This document shows positions 42,072 to 52,675 of a stretch of 64,000 nucleotides of DNA, in pieces. Location of the stretch: assembly GCA_964187785.1 (NCBI GenBank), contig OZ076413.1, positions 49,540,001 through 49,604,000 of the forward strand. Reading direction: 5' to 3'. The notes below the pieces were generated by a model, which worked only from the letters and a program-made list of their open reading frames with translations, ran no database searches and was not told the DNA's origin. The DNA comes from Amphiscolops sp. MND2022. Lineage: Eukaryota. Made by a program: the position numbers and the translations under genes. Every line of letters begins with the position of its first letter. Within the stretch, counting starts at the first letter, position 1.

Positions 42072-45000
42072 ATGGAGAACTGCAGTATTTGTAATTCTGA
42101 TTATAAAAAAGCTTACAAGTCCGATCATCTAAAATCAATAAAACATTTACAAAAATTAAATCAATATTATTGTAAAAAATGTAATACATTTATGCCATTG
42201 TCTGACAAGTCTAATCATCTGAATTCAGATGAACATAAAAACAAAACCAAACAACAACGCGAAGCTACACAAATTTGGTGTGAAGATTGTGGTAAATATA
42301 TAAGTAATTCAAGACATTTTCAAAGTGAAATTCACACGTTAAGAAGTCAGAATAATGCTATAAACAATACACTACATGGAGTAGGAACTAACGTAGGAAC
42401 TAACGTAGGAACTAACCTAGGAACTGGTGTAGAAATAATTGTGAATGAAAAAACATACATTAAACTGAGAGTAAATCCAACAAATCATCTTGAAGAACAG
42501 ATTAATGATTTACTAAAAACTAGCTTCTTCCCCCGATACAAGTTCCAATTGAGTTATTTAGCTAAATTTTCAAAAATAGTTAATGATGAGGAAGTTGTAT
42601 TTCATAAATGGGTTAAATCAGGTTTTAATTACAATCATAGTGAGAATGTTCATAATTTATTAATGCAGAAATTAGATGATGAACAATTAGAAGGATCAGG
42701 TTTTGTGTTAAACGGTATTGTCAATGTTATAATGGAGGTATATAAAGTCAATGATATTCAAGCTTCTTCATGGGTTGAGTTGCCAGAAAAATATAAGAAT
42801 AATAAATCAATTATAAATATAAAAAATGATGATCAATATTGTTTTTTATGGTGTATCCTAGCACACCTTTTTCCCGTTGAGGATCATAAAAATAGAACAT
42901 CAAGTTATTCAATGAATCTGAACAAACTCATTTCAAATGGTTTAGAATTCCCCATGAAAATTAAAGATATTCCCAAGTTTGAAAACTTAAATAATTTAAA
43001 CGTAAATGTATTTGAACTCACAAAAACAGTTTTAACACCAATTCATATTAACACAAACTATGATCAACCACAAATAGATTTAATGCTGTATCAAAATCAC
43101 TATTGCCTAATAACAAAATTGCATTGTCTAATAAATAAGGATTCGCACATGAAATGGGTGTGTAGAAGATGCCTAACTGCATTTAGTTCACAACCAGTTC
43201 TATTTGATCATATAGAAAGATGTATAAAACAACAACCAACTAATATCACATTCAGTTGGAAGGATCACTTAAAGTTCGAAGATTATCATATGAAAGTTCC
43301 CGTACCAATAAGAGTATATGCAGATTTTGAATGTATTAACGAAAGTTACCACAATCAACCAACAGGTGACCGCGAAGCTGCGGTAGCTATCGCGCCCAAA
43401 GTATTATTTAAACAAATTCCAATTGCAGTAGGATTTTATCTAATTTCACCGTTTGGCAATAATTACAGCTCATACTTTGGTGAATCGTGTGTAACATGGT
43501 TTGTAAATGAAATGTTGACTCTAGAAAACATTGCTAGTAACTATTTTGAAACAAATTTACCTCTTGAAATAACTCCCGAAGAACACCAATCATTTCAACA
43601 ATCCAAAGTGTGTTGGCTTTGTGAAAATCCACTCGGTGATGCCGAAGGTGCTTCGCATGATAAAGTTCGAGATCATGATCATCTTACAGGCAAGTACCGA
43701 GGAGCAGCCCACAACAAATGTAATTTAAATTGTAAAAAAAAGTCAAGTTCGTTTGTTCCTATATTTTTCCATAATTTCAGTGGTTATGATTGTCATTTAA
43801 TTTTTGAAGAACTCTTAACACAAGCTTACAAAATGGGGTGTGAACCAAAAATAATCCCAAAGTCAATGGAAAATTATGTAAGTGTGCAAGTAGGTTGTTT
43901 AAGGTTTTTAGATTCATACAGATTTTTGAGTAGTAGTCTACAAAAACTTATAACATCATTAAATGATTTTCCTTATATGCAAAATGAGGGCCTAACTGAT
44001 GATTTATTTAAGAAAAAACTAGTTTATCCATACGAAAAATTCAATCTTAACAACCTGCATGAACCACTAAATCTAACAAAAGAGGACTATTGGTCAACAC
44101 TGAATCAATCTTACCCATGCGAGGATGATATAAAAAGAACCCAACAATTGATTGACACTTACAACATTACAACAGCACAAGAATTAACAATGTTATATTT
44201 AAAAATGGATGTACTACAACTCACTGACGTGTTCGAAAACTTTGTTGAAACAAGCACTCTTATGTATGGCATCAATCCGTTGTACAGTTACTCTTTACCT
44301 GGTTATACATGGAAAGCTGGTTTAAAACTTACTAAAATTAAATTAGATTTCATAAAAGACAAACAGTTATTATTACTACTTGAAAATAATATTCGCGGAG
44401 GAATTTCAAGTGTAATGGGACCCAGATTCATTGAGTCAAATGAAAATACTAAATTACTGTACATTGATGCAAATAACTTGTATGGATGGGCAATGAGTCA
44501 ATACCTTCCTACAAGTGAATTCGAAAAACTAGATTTATCACAAGGGTACGGCGGAGCTACGCAAATAGAACAAATAGTAGAAGATTTGAGATTTATTCCA
44601 GACAATAATGAATATGGATACTTTATAGAATGTGATTTAGAATATCCAGCAGAAATTAAAGAAAAAACCGAAAACTTTCCACTTTGTCCTTATCAAACAA
44701 AAGCCGATCCAAATCTTTTCTCAGAATACATGAACAGTGTAAAACAACCCAACTACAAACCAACCGAGAAACTTATGTGTGACCTAACAAACAAATATAA
44801 TTATATGATGCACTACAGGATGTTCAAGTTTTACACACAGATTGGAATGAAAGTAACAAAGATTCACACAATCTACCGGTTCAAACAATCACTTTGGTTA
44901 GAAAAATACATTAATCATAACACACAAAAACGCGCCAAAGCAAAAACAAACTTTGAGAAGGACCTCTACAAATTAATGAACAACGCTTTCTTTGGGAAAA

Positions 45001-45884
45001 CTATGGAAAATGTTAGAGACCGGACTAATTTAGAGTTTATCCCCCACACCAATATTGATCAAATAATAAAAAGACAATCCAAGTTAAGCTTTAAAGGCAT
45101 TGTAAATCATTACTCCGAATTCAGTATTTACCAGAGTCTTAAAGAAAAAGTAATTTTTGATAAACCAATATACTTGGGGTTTAGTGTTTTAGAACTGAGT
45201 AAATTGTTAATGTATGAGTTTTATTATCACAAATTACAACCATACTATAACAATAAAATTAAACTGCATTACATGGATACAGACTCATTCATTCTAAGTA
45301 TTAAAACTGGAGACCTTATAAATGATTTGGAATACTTCAAAGATGATTTTGATTTTAGTGAGCTTGACCCAAGCCACGAGTTGTACAATTCTATTAACAA
45401 GAAAGTTATAGGTAAAATGAAAATAGAAACATCACCAATTATTGAATTAGACAACTTCGTAGCTTTGAGATCTAAATCATATTCTTTTAGCTATGGAAGC
45501 ACAGTTCAGGAGGCAAAGCAAAGAACAATTCAAAAATCAAAACAAAAAGGAATACAACATACACCAATTTATTCACAATTTATAAATTCATTATTTAATT
45601 CTGAAACAACAACTGCAACTAATTATTCTATTAGAAGTAATGCTCACAAACTAACTGTTCAGAAACAAGATAAGCTAGCTTTGAATCCTTTTGATGACAA
45701 GCGTATGTACTTGAATCCAATACAAAGTTTATCATGGGATAAACACACACAAAAAGGTGATTGCCCTTGCATACTTTGTATAAAATTAGTTGGTTTGTAT
45801 TACACCGAACTGAGCACAAGGGATGGCAAACCAATTTGGGATGAAGAAATATACTATAACATTTGGACTCTGAAAAAAAATTGA
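42072..45884 (+). CDS. polB: Protein-primed family B DNA polymerase with N-terminal zinc fingers, terminal-protein/vOTU-like region and endonuclease VII-like insertion
   Basis: Exo YADFEC and HNFSGYD; pol YIDANNLYG, KLMNNAFFGK, YMDTDS; CWLC..RDHDHLTGKYRGAAHNKCN; DDQYCFLWC..NHYCL. Confidence 0.96.
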   Translation: MENCSICNSDYKKAYKSDHLKSIKHLQKLNQYYCKKCNTFMPLSDKSNHLNSDEHKNKTKQQREATQIWCEDCGKYISNSRHFQSEIHTLRSQNNAINNTLHGVGTNVGTNVGTNLGTGVEIIVNEKTYIKLRVNPTNHLEEQINDLLKTSFFPRYKFQLSYLAKFSKIVNDEEVVFHKWVKSGFNYNHSENVHNLLMQKLDDEQLEGSGFVLNGIVNVIMEVYKVNDIQASSWVELPEKYKNNKSIINIKNDDQYCFLWCILAHLFPVEDHKNRTSSYSMNLNKLISNGLEFPMKIKDIPKFENLNNLNVNVFELTKTVLTPIHINTNYDQPQIDLMLYQNHYCLITKLHCLINKDSHMKWVCRRCLTAFSSQPVLFDHIERCIKQQPTNITFSWKDHLKFEDYHMKVPVPIRVYADFECINESYHNQPTGDREAAVAIAPKVLFKQIPIAVGFYLISPFGNNYSSYFGESCVTWFVNEMLTLENIASNYFETNLPLEITPEEHQSFQQSKVCWLCENPLGDAEGASHDKVRDHDHLTGKYRGAAHNKCNLNCKKKSSSFVPIFFHNFSGYDCHLIFEELLTQAYKMGCEPKIIPKSMENYVSVQVGCLRFLDSYRFLSSSLQKLITSLNDFPYMQNEGLTDDLFKKKLVYPYEKFNLNNLHEPLNLTKEDYWSTLNQSYPCEDDIKRTQQLIDTYNITTAQELTMLYLKMDVLQLTDVFENFVETSTLMYGINPLYSYSLPGYTWKAGLKLTKIKLDFIKDKQLLLLLENNIRGGISSVMGPRFIESNENTKLLYIDANNLYGWAMSQYLPTSEFEKLDLSQGYGGATQIEQIVEDLRFIPDNNEYGYFIECDLEYPAEIKEKTENFPLCPYQTKADPNLFSEYMNSVKQPNYKPTEKLMCDLTNKYNYMMHYRMFKFYTQIGMKVTKIHTIYRFKQSLWLEKYINHNTQKRAKAKTNFEKDLYKLMNNAFFGKTMENVRDRTNLEFIPHTNIDQIIKRQSKLSFKGIVNHYSEFSIYQSLKEKVIFDKPIYLGFSVLELSKLLMYEFYYHKLQPYYNNKIKLHYMDTDSFILSIKTGDLINDLEYFKDDFDFSELDPSHELYNSINKKVIGKMKIETSPIIELDNFVALRSKSYSFSYGSTVQEAKQRTIQKSKQKGIQHTPIYSQFINSLFNSETTTATNYSIRSNAHKLTVQKQDKLALNPFDDKRMYLNPIQSLSWDKHTQKGDCPCILCIKLVGLYYTELSTRDGKPIWDEEIYYNIWTLKKN

Positions 45885-45990
45885 ATCATCAAGACCTTTT
45901 AAATCTGATAAGTGATCGAGCCCATTTATTGTGAGAACTATCGTGACCCACACACCCATTATTATCATCATTATTAGCATTATTATAATA

Positions 45991-47251
45991 TTATATTAAA
46001 TCAAAATGCCTTTGCCCATCACTACTAATACTTATTAGTTTTGGGGTTAATACAAGTGCATAAGCCACAAAATTTGCTACATCAATGGCAGCATTAAATT
46101 TAAATTCTAAACGGATTGGTTGAGAAGCTATTTGGTCTTTTTGTTTGCTGAGGTCAAATACAAATAGGGGGTATTTTGTTCTGAATTTGTGCAAATCAAT
46201 GAAGGGATTGAGCAGATGAGTTTCAGAATGTAAGTGATAGAAGTTTTCAATTTCACTGTATGCTTGATCATATTTGTCGCGGTCGTAGTCACATTCTATT
46301 CCATCATCGGGATATTTTTCTGATCCTATTTTACAAACAGCATTACTAATTGGCAACCGGTCAAATACAGAGTTGTCATGAACCTGAGAATCAATTTTAT
46401 TTCTAGCTTGAAATCCAACAATCACGAAAGTTGGACAGGACTGCGCAGCTTCGCCATAGCTTCCGCCGCCTGCGCTGCCTAATTCAAATGTCCAATTCGA
46501 ATTTGTGTTAACATCTTTTCTAAAAATAATTCGTTCTGTGAAAAATATTTCGGTTGGATCTTTATTTAAAATTTGGTCCATGACAAATTGTTGGTTTTCC
46601 AGTGATGGAACATAGTGTGGAATATACCAACCAATGTCTTTAATAACCACTTTTGCAGCATCCACTCCAACACTTCTTAAAATGGCGTCATTGTTATTGT
46701 TTCGTTTGAGAGTTAATGTGTAGCCCAACCCATAAGTTATTTTTTCTTGATCAGCAAATCCAAACAAATCTTTTAGTTTTATTCTCACAAAAAAGGTTCC
46801 TTTCTCATTTTTGTTGTTTGTTAGTTCTTGTCTTCTGACACTAGTACTTTCTTCAAACCCATACAACAACTCACTTGTGGATTTAGTGCTTGTCAGAAGT
46901 TTATACATTAAAGAAATCAAGTGCAAATTGTCAACTTTTTCTAGGTGTTTCCCCGAACTTGTTGTTAATTTGGCTTCACTAAATAGAGAGATTGGTCCAA
47001 AGTTAACCAATCCAATTTCATCACCATCAGCATATCTTGTATTATTGTTTTTAAGTACTTCAAATTCTAGACTTATGAAACTATTTTGTAAACATATGTA
47101 TGCATCTTCTCTTGGCAAACTGATACTTACATTCGAGTTTGCGTTATTGATTGTGGCTAAACTACTAGGATTATATTTTATAAAATCAATTTTATGAATA
47201 GGTTTTTCAAGAGTGTATTTATTTTTTTAAAGAAAACATATCTGTGTTCAT
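45991..47251 (-). CDS. Double jelly-roll major capsid protein; 1-nt frameshift in an A7 run near the start
   Basis: FVIVGFQ, IGSEKYPD, YPLFVFDLSKQ, IRLEFKF..AYALVL. ATG 47251 (TATAAATG) joins the 375-aa ORF only if one base is removed from the T7 run at 47222-47228. Confidence 0.85.
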
Positions 47252-47331
47252 TTATAATAAAAAATTATTGGAAAAATGTTGTAAAACTATGTGGGCACGA
47301 TAGTTACACAGCTTCGCGAAAGCCATGCAAA

Positions 47332-48270
47332 TTACTCAAATTTGTGGAAAATATTCATACTTTCTAAAGTTTTGTTGTTAGAGTCAAAGTCGAATATGCT
47401 TCTTAAAAGTTCTTGTTCATAGTATTTTCCTTGAATAATTTCTCCATTTTCATCATTTAGAGTGTATGTTACTGGGTTTGTTTTGTTGATGCTGTGTATT
47501 TTAAAAAGTTCTCTGTTCCAATTTGTTGTATAACCTTTTGAATAAATGTTCCTTTTGTCCGGAACTCTTACAAAATCTCCCACTTGGAACTTGGGCGAAG
47601 CTGTGTGCGATAGCTCCCGCGAAGCTGCGCGCAATTTATTATTATTAGGTATCAGATTGGGCGAAGCTGTGCGCGAAGCTGCGATAGCTATCGCGGTAGT
47701 TGTCGCGCGTATTGCTGTCTTAAAACTCATTTCAAAAGGTGTCATTTTTGTTGTACCATGCACCCTATTATTATACTTATCCAAAGCAGCATCAAGGTGA
47801 TTCAACCAGCTACCTTTACCCTCAATATACATTGGTTCTTTGATTAAGTCCAGAAGTGTTCTATTGAAACGTTCAACAAAAACAGCTTTTAAATCTGAAT
47901 GGGTTGAATAAATTTGAATGTTTTGCTCTTTTAAATAGTGTAAAAATGTTGTGTTGTAAAACTCTTTACCTCTATCACTCCATATTTTGTGTGGTTTTCT
48001 CTTCTCTTTTTCAATGAGACTTTTTAATGCAGTAGTCGTACTTTTTCCTGATTTATCTTTGAGGGGAATCGCCCATGCATATTTAGTATGGTTGTCAATT
48101 ATTGTGAAAATAAACTTGTAGTTTTTGTTGTATTTGCTTAAGTTTGAGCGATCAATTAAATCGATACTCCAACATTCATCTTTATAGTGAGTTTGTATTT
48201 GAATTCTTTGAAACTTCTTAATTACAGGAGAGAATATTTCTTTAACAATTTCTTTCTTTTTTTGATTCAT
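47332..48270 (-). CDS. int: rve-family DDE integrase, 312 aa
   Basis: WSIDLID, IIDNHTKYAWAIPLK, WSDRGKEF, VERFNRTL; C-terminal KFQVGDFVRV..NWNRELF. Confidence 0.95.
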   Translation of the reverse strand: MNQKKKEIVKEIFSPVIKKFQRIQIQTHYKDECWSIDLIDRSNLSKYNKNYKFIFTIIDNHTKYAWAIPLKDKSGKSTTTALKSLIEKEKRKPHKIWSDRGKEFYNTTFLHYLKEQNIQIYSTHSDLKAVFVERFNRTLLDLIKEPMYIEGKGSWLNHLDAALDKYNNRVHGTTKMTPFEMSFKTAIRATTTAIAIAASRTASPNLIPNNNKLRAASRELSHTASPKFQVGDFVRVPDKRNIYSKGYTTNWNRELFKIHSINKTNPVTYTLNDENGEIIQGKYYEQELLRSIFDFDSNNKTLESMNIFHKFE

Positions 48271-48304
48271 TTATTATAGTTTTATAACAATTTTTTATAA
48301 ATAA

Positions 48305-49555
48305 AAGAATAATGATTATTGCTTGCAGAGCGGCTTACGGAGTGGCACACAGAGTAACTTACAGGGCTATAGAAATAATGATCAAGGATTTAGCACAGGA
48401 GTTAGCACAGGAGTTAGCACAGGTGATGGAGCTGGCGCGGGAGCTACCGCAGGAGCCAACAAACTGTATTGGTATCAGAAAACACAACTTTATAAAGTAA
48501 TCACGAATCCTATGTTTATTGTATGTTTAATTATATTTATAGTTATTATTGTTGTAATATACTGGAATTATATTCGCCCCATGTCCTTTAAAAAAATTTA
48601 TAAAAAACTACTACAATTTGAAGGGTTCAAATACTCTCATCTGACAAACCAGGAAAGAGAGGCTACAATCGAAGAATCCCCACACACAGCATCCCCACAC
48701 AATAATTCCCACTTCATAATTTATGGTAGTAGTGGCTCTGGGAAGACAAGTTTTTTAAAGCATTATTTAGCGATAGCTAACGCCCGAAATCAAAGAACTT
48801 ACGTAGTTTTTGGGCGAGATGAACGTGAGTTTCCCTCTCAAAATTTTGTACCACTACTGCAGTTGGAGAAGGTTAGTATTGAATTACTTGCTAATAAAAT
48901 TGTTGTACTGGATGATGCAGGTGCATACAAGAACCTCAAAACAAAAGTAGAAGACTTATTTAGATATGGTAGACATTTGGGGATTCAAGTGATATACCTT
49001 GCTCACTATGCAAAGGATGTTCTTCCAGTCGTGAGGGAAAATTGCTTCAAAATATGCTTAACAATTAATAACCCAGATAACTTCTTCGAGTCGATAGTAC
49101 AAACTTATGGGTTAGCTTCCGCAGTTAGGGATGGATTCAATTGGAAATACTATCGGGATCAGTTGGAATTTGGCATTATTGAATTTGACACAAGGAGTCA
49201 TAAATACAAGATTCTAAACAACAAGTACAAGTTAATTTATGATTCGAGCAAACGAAGTGAGTGGGGTCCAGAACAACTCGTTGCTTATGAAAGTTACTTT
49301 TTCACTGGTGATGAATACAACAAATTGAAGATATTCTTAGAGGCAATGTCCGACCAAACAATTGAAATAACACCACACAACATAGCTTATTATTATGTAG
49401 CCTATTGCAAACAAAATAACATTAAAGTGAATGAATCCAAAATAGACAACTACGTTGAGCGTATGCAAAAACCACTAATTAGTGACTCAGTTAAAGAGAG
49501 CTTCAAGAACTTAATTTATGAGCATGCAAAAAGTTTTACTAAAAATAAGCTATGA
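48305..49555 (+). CDS. A32/FtsK-like packaging ATPase 1 with an N-terminal TM helix; start codon apparently mutated to AAG
   Basis: Walker A GSSGSGKT, Walker B IVVLDD, RYGRH; hydrophobic MFIVCLIIFIVIIVVIYW. Confidence 0.85.
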   Translation, partial: KNNDYCLQSGLRSGTQSNLQGYRNNDQGFSTGVSTGVSTGDGAGAGATAGANKLYWYQKTQLYKVITNPMFIVCLIIFIVIIVVIYWNYIRPMSFKKIYKKLLQFEGFKYSHLTNQEREATIEESPHTASPHNNSHFIIYGSSGSGKTSFLKHYLAIANARNQRTYVVFGRDEREFPSQNFVPLLQLEKVSIELLANKIVVLDDAGAYKNLKTKVEDLFRYGRHLGIQVIYLAHYAKDVLPVVRENCFKICLTINNPDNFFESIVQTYGLASAVRDGFNWKYYRDQLEFGIIEFDTRSHKYKILNNKYKLIYDSSKRSEWGPEQLVAYESYFFTGDEYNKLKIFLEAMSDQTIEITPHNIAYYYVAYCKQNNIKVNESKIDNYVERMQKPLISDSVKESFKNLIYEHAKSFTKNKL

Positions 49556-49574
49556 ACTTCGTAGGAACTTCGTA

Positions 49575-49882
49575 AATAATGTTAAGTGATTATTTAGTGA
49601 TTATTTAGTGATTATTTAGTGATTCTTAGAGGAATTTAGTGATCTGAGTAATTAGTGAATAATCACTAAGGTTTCACTAAATACCTCTAAGGTTTCACTA
49701 AGAGCATTATTTTCACTAAATTTCACTATATTCTCTAATCTTAGAGAAATAAAATACTCTTAGAGATTCTTAGAGATTCTTAGTGATTTAGTAAAATTTG
49801 CTTAGTGAAACCTTAGTGATTGCATAGTGAAACTTTAGTGAAACTTTAGTGATTATTAGTGATTTTTTACTAAATAATACTA
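49575..49882. repeat. Intergenic array of TTAGTGA/TCACTAA-like motifs in both orientations
   Basis: GTGATTATTTA x3, TAGTGAAACTT repeats, and interleaved TTCACTAA copies. Confidence 0.85.
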
Positions 49883-49887
49883 AATAA

Positions 49888-51036
49888 ATGAATTGCTTAA
49901 TTTGTAATAAAAGTAGTGAAAAAAGTTTATGTGATGATTGCTCTAGTAAAAAAAGATGTAAAGACTGTGAAACTTTGAAGAATTGTAATACTTTTTATTC
50001 ATACAAAAATGGCAGAACGTACTCTTCATGCAAAGTGTGTTTTAATAAAAAGGTGAGGTGTGAATTTTGTAATAAGGAATTAAATAAAAGTTATTTAAGG
50101 TCACACATTAAAAAACAACACTATAATCAACAGTATAATCAACAATATAATTATAATCAGCATTATAATCAACACTATAATCAGCATACTGGGGGCGGGG
50201 CTCTGTATGATTTACTCCCGCATGGCTATTCGCGACAGCTATCACGAGAGCTACAGCGGGAGTTCCCGCGAGGCACCCCTTCACATAGTAGTAATAATAA
50301 TAATGTGGGTGCTAACGCGGGAGCTAATGCTAATAACGGTGTGCAGAGCTTCGCGAATAGCCCTGCGAAAGCTATCGCTAATGATGATAATGCGGGAGCT
50401 AACGCGGGAGCTAATGCTAATAACGGTGTGCAGAGCTTCGCGAACGAAACTAATAGAACATTAATAGTTGGCCCATCATTTTGTGGTAAGACTCATTTGT
50501 TGTTGAATAAATTACGATTGATTCGTTTGGAAGATCCAGAGAAACAAATTCGTATCATTACAAGGAGTCCGGAACAATATGAGAATATTGATATGCAAGG
50601 AATAGAAGTGGAAGAAAATGTGGGGGATTTGGAAGAGTATAGGGGATGTTGTGTAGTATTTGATGATATGTTAGACTCCAACCAGAAATTGATTGATCCA
50701 TTTTTTACTAGGGGAAGACACAAATCTTGTGATGTTTATTATTTATGTCAGAGTTATTTTGATGCACCAAAAAAGACAATTAGAAACAATAGTAATATCA
50801 TAATTTTATTTCAACAAACACTGAAAGATGTAGAACATATTCATAGGGACATATCAGGTTTTGATATGTCTTATGAGGAGTTCAAAAGTTTGTGTAGAGA
50901 AGCATGGAACGAAAAATTCAACTACCTTTTAATAGACAGATTGGAAGATAAAAATGGGAGTAGGTACAGGATTTGTAATGAATCTAATCCAAATTACAAG
51001 ATCTTTAATCCACAAACTGATCCTTTAAGTAATTAG
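49888..51036 (+). CDS. A32/FtsK-like packaging ATPase 2 with a Cys-rich zinc-finger N-terminus
   Basis: Walker A GPSFCGKT, Walker B VVFDD, RGRH, LCQSYF..IRNNSN; CxxC pairs and a C2H2 finger at the N-terminus. Confidence 0.9.
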   Translation: MNCLICNKSSEKSLCDDCSSKKRCKDCETLKNCNTFYSYKNGRTYSSCKVCFNKKVRCEFCNKELNKSYLRSHIKKQHYNQQYNQQYNYNQHYNQHYNQHTGGGALYDLLPHGYSRQLSRELQREFPRGTPSHSSNNNNVGANAGANANNGVQSFANSPAKAIANDDNAGANAGANANNGVQSFANETNRTLIVGPSFCGKTHLLLNKLRLIRLEDPEKQIRIITRSPEQYENIDMQGIEVEENVGDLEEYRGCCVVFDDMLDSNQKLIDPFFTRGRHKSCDVYYLCQSYFDAPKKTIRNNSNIIILFQQTLKDVEHIHRDISGFDMSYEEFKSLCREAWNEKFNYLLIDRLEDKNGSRYRICNESNPNYKIFNPQTDPLSN

Positions 51037-52142
51037 GGACTTCGTGACGAGATTGTGGAACTTCGTATATTTTGGTGTTGAGAAGGTGATATACATTCAT
51101 ACTCCAATAACTTGTCTATAATTGCAATAATTTCTTCATTAAGCTGAGGATTGTCATTTCCTCCAACTTTTTCAAAATAAAGTAATTTCAATTTATCCAC
51201 TAATTCGTCTGGGTCAGATGGGAGGAAAATGTACTGTTGTGAATATTTGCGATAGCTTCCGCGATAGCTTTCGCGCAATCCACTTCCTGTGAAGCCCTGT
51301 GTGTAGTCCTGTGCGGGAGCTGTCGCGTTAGCTGTCGCGTTAGCTGTCGCGTTAGCTGTCGCGTTAGCTGTCGCGTTAGCTGTCGCAGAGCTCCCCGCAT
51401 AGCCTTGTGTGAAGCCCTGCATATATTTATACAATTCTTTAATAAATTGATATCTGTATGATTTTTTATCTCCATAATTTAGATCATATTTCATATCATT
51501 TAGGAAGTTATAAATTGGACCCCAGTTATTTATTTGTTTGTCAAATTGTGTATTAGTTATAAAATGTTGAAGATCTGGATCATTTAAATTGTATGAATTC
51601 CCATTCTCGAAAGTCATTGTTGAACCTTTGATTAGTACTTGTTGTGGGTTATGGGGATTAATTATGAATATATTTGGATAGTCTTGTATAAATGGTTCTA
51701 AACTAAATTGACTTTTGTTTTTGTCATTAAGTAAATTAGAAACTGTTTTTACAATACTGGAATCAACTTGATTGGAAGTAACAAGACTTGTAAGAAGCTG
51801 ATTATTACGATTCGTAATTTCATCATATTCTTGTATTCCTTCTTTAATTGATTTCTGCAAATTTTTATTCAAAGCGTTACTCGATTCTCGAATAGCCTGT
51901 GTTTGATTTTTTATTGCTTGTACTGTTTGTGAAGCTATGTGGGTAGAATCATGTAGTGCTTGTATTTGTTTTTCATTTGCTTCCACCTGCTTTGTAGTAA
52001 CAGGTTCAAAAACTTCTTCAAGGTCATAATGAAAGTCTTGTTTCCCTAGTTTCTCTTTTAATCTTTCTTTAAAAATTAAGGATTTTGTTTCTTGTAATTT
52101 TTTTAATTTTTCCAAGTCATCTCGGGTGTGAATTGAATACAT
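51033..52142 (-). CDS. Conserved polinton-type hypothetical (likely virion) protein, 369 aa
   Basis: C-terminal LPSDPDELVDKLKLL..GGND..NEEIIAIIDKL motif familiar from polinton ORFs; FTGSG candidate cleavage site. Confidence 0.75.
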   Translation of the reverse strand: MYSIHTRDDLEKLKKLQETKSLIFKERLKEKLGKQDFHYDLEEVFEPVTTKQVEANEKQIQALHDSTHIASQTVQAIKNQTQAIRESSNALNKNLQKSIKEGIQEYDEITNRNNQLLTSLVTSNQVDSSIVKTVSNLLNDKNKSQFSLEPFIQDYPNIFIINPHNPQQVLIKGSTMTFENGNSYNLNDPDLQHFITNTQFDKQINNWGPIYNFLNDMKYDLNYGDKKSYRYQFIKELYKYMQGFTQGYAGSSATANATANATANATANATANATAPAQDYTQGFTGSGLRESYRGSYRKYSQQYIFLPSDPDELVDKLKLLYFEKVGGNDNPQLNEEIIAIIDKLLEYECISPSQHQNIRSSTISSRSP

Positions 52143-52168
52143 TTATTAAGTATAATTAATGCATATAA

Positions 52169-52645
52169 CTAGTGGATTTTCCCCAGATACAGGCCTTTAC
52201 TATTAGTTCTTGCTTTTCTGTTTGTGTTGCTTGTTTTCCTCGACAATGCTTCAGCTTTGTATAGGCCCTTCCCTTGATGAACAAATTTAATAACATCGGG
52301 GGCAGTTGCGGCAATTAATCGTGGATTTTTACTTGCTGCTGCAGTTCCAATATTTGCTGCTATTTCCAATGCGCGGCCTGGATTATTGAGTATTTTCTTT
52401 CCAACATTTTTGGCTGCAGAACCTAAATGTTTAAAGAAGTCTCCCAATCCTTCCCCCTCTATTGTTCGTTCAGATACAATTAGACTCTTATTTCTGTTAC
52501 ACACTACACAGTTGCCACGTAATGTGTGTACGGGCCTGCCCATCTGTATCCCAGTGTTTGTAATTTCTCCATGAACATTTGTGGTGGGAGAATAATGTTT
52601 TCCACCAACACAATATGAATTATTTATAAATTTATTATAACTCAT
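52169..52645 (-). CDS. Small basic core/membrane-lytic precursor-like protein, 158 aa
   Basis: Zn-ribbon-like N-terminus, then IEGE|G followed by amphipathic GLGDFFKHLGSAAKNVGKKIL. Confidence 0.7.
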   Translation of the reverse strand: MSYNKFINNSYCVGGKHYSPTTNVHGEITNTGIQMGRPVHTLRGNCVVCNRNKSLIVSERTIEGEGLGDFFKHLGSAAKNVGKKILNNPGRALEIAANIGTAAASKNPRLIAATAPDVIKFVHQGKGLYKAEALSRKTSNTNRKARTNSKGLYLGKIH

Positions 52646-52675
52646 TTATTAGAAAAAAAATTGTATTAAATCCTA

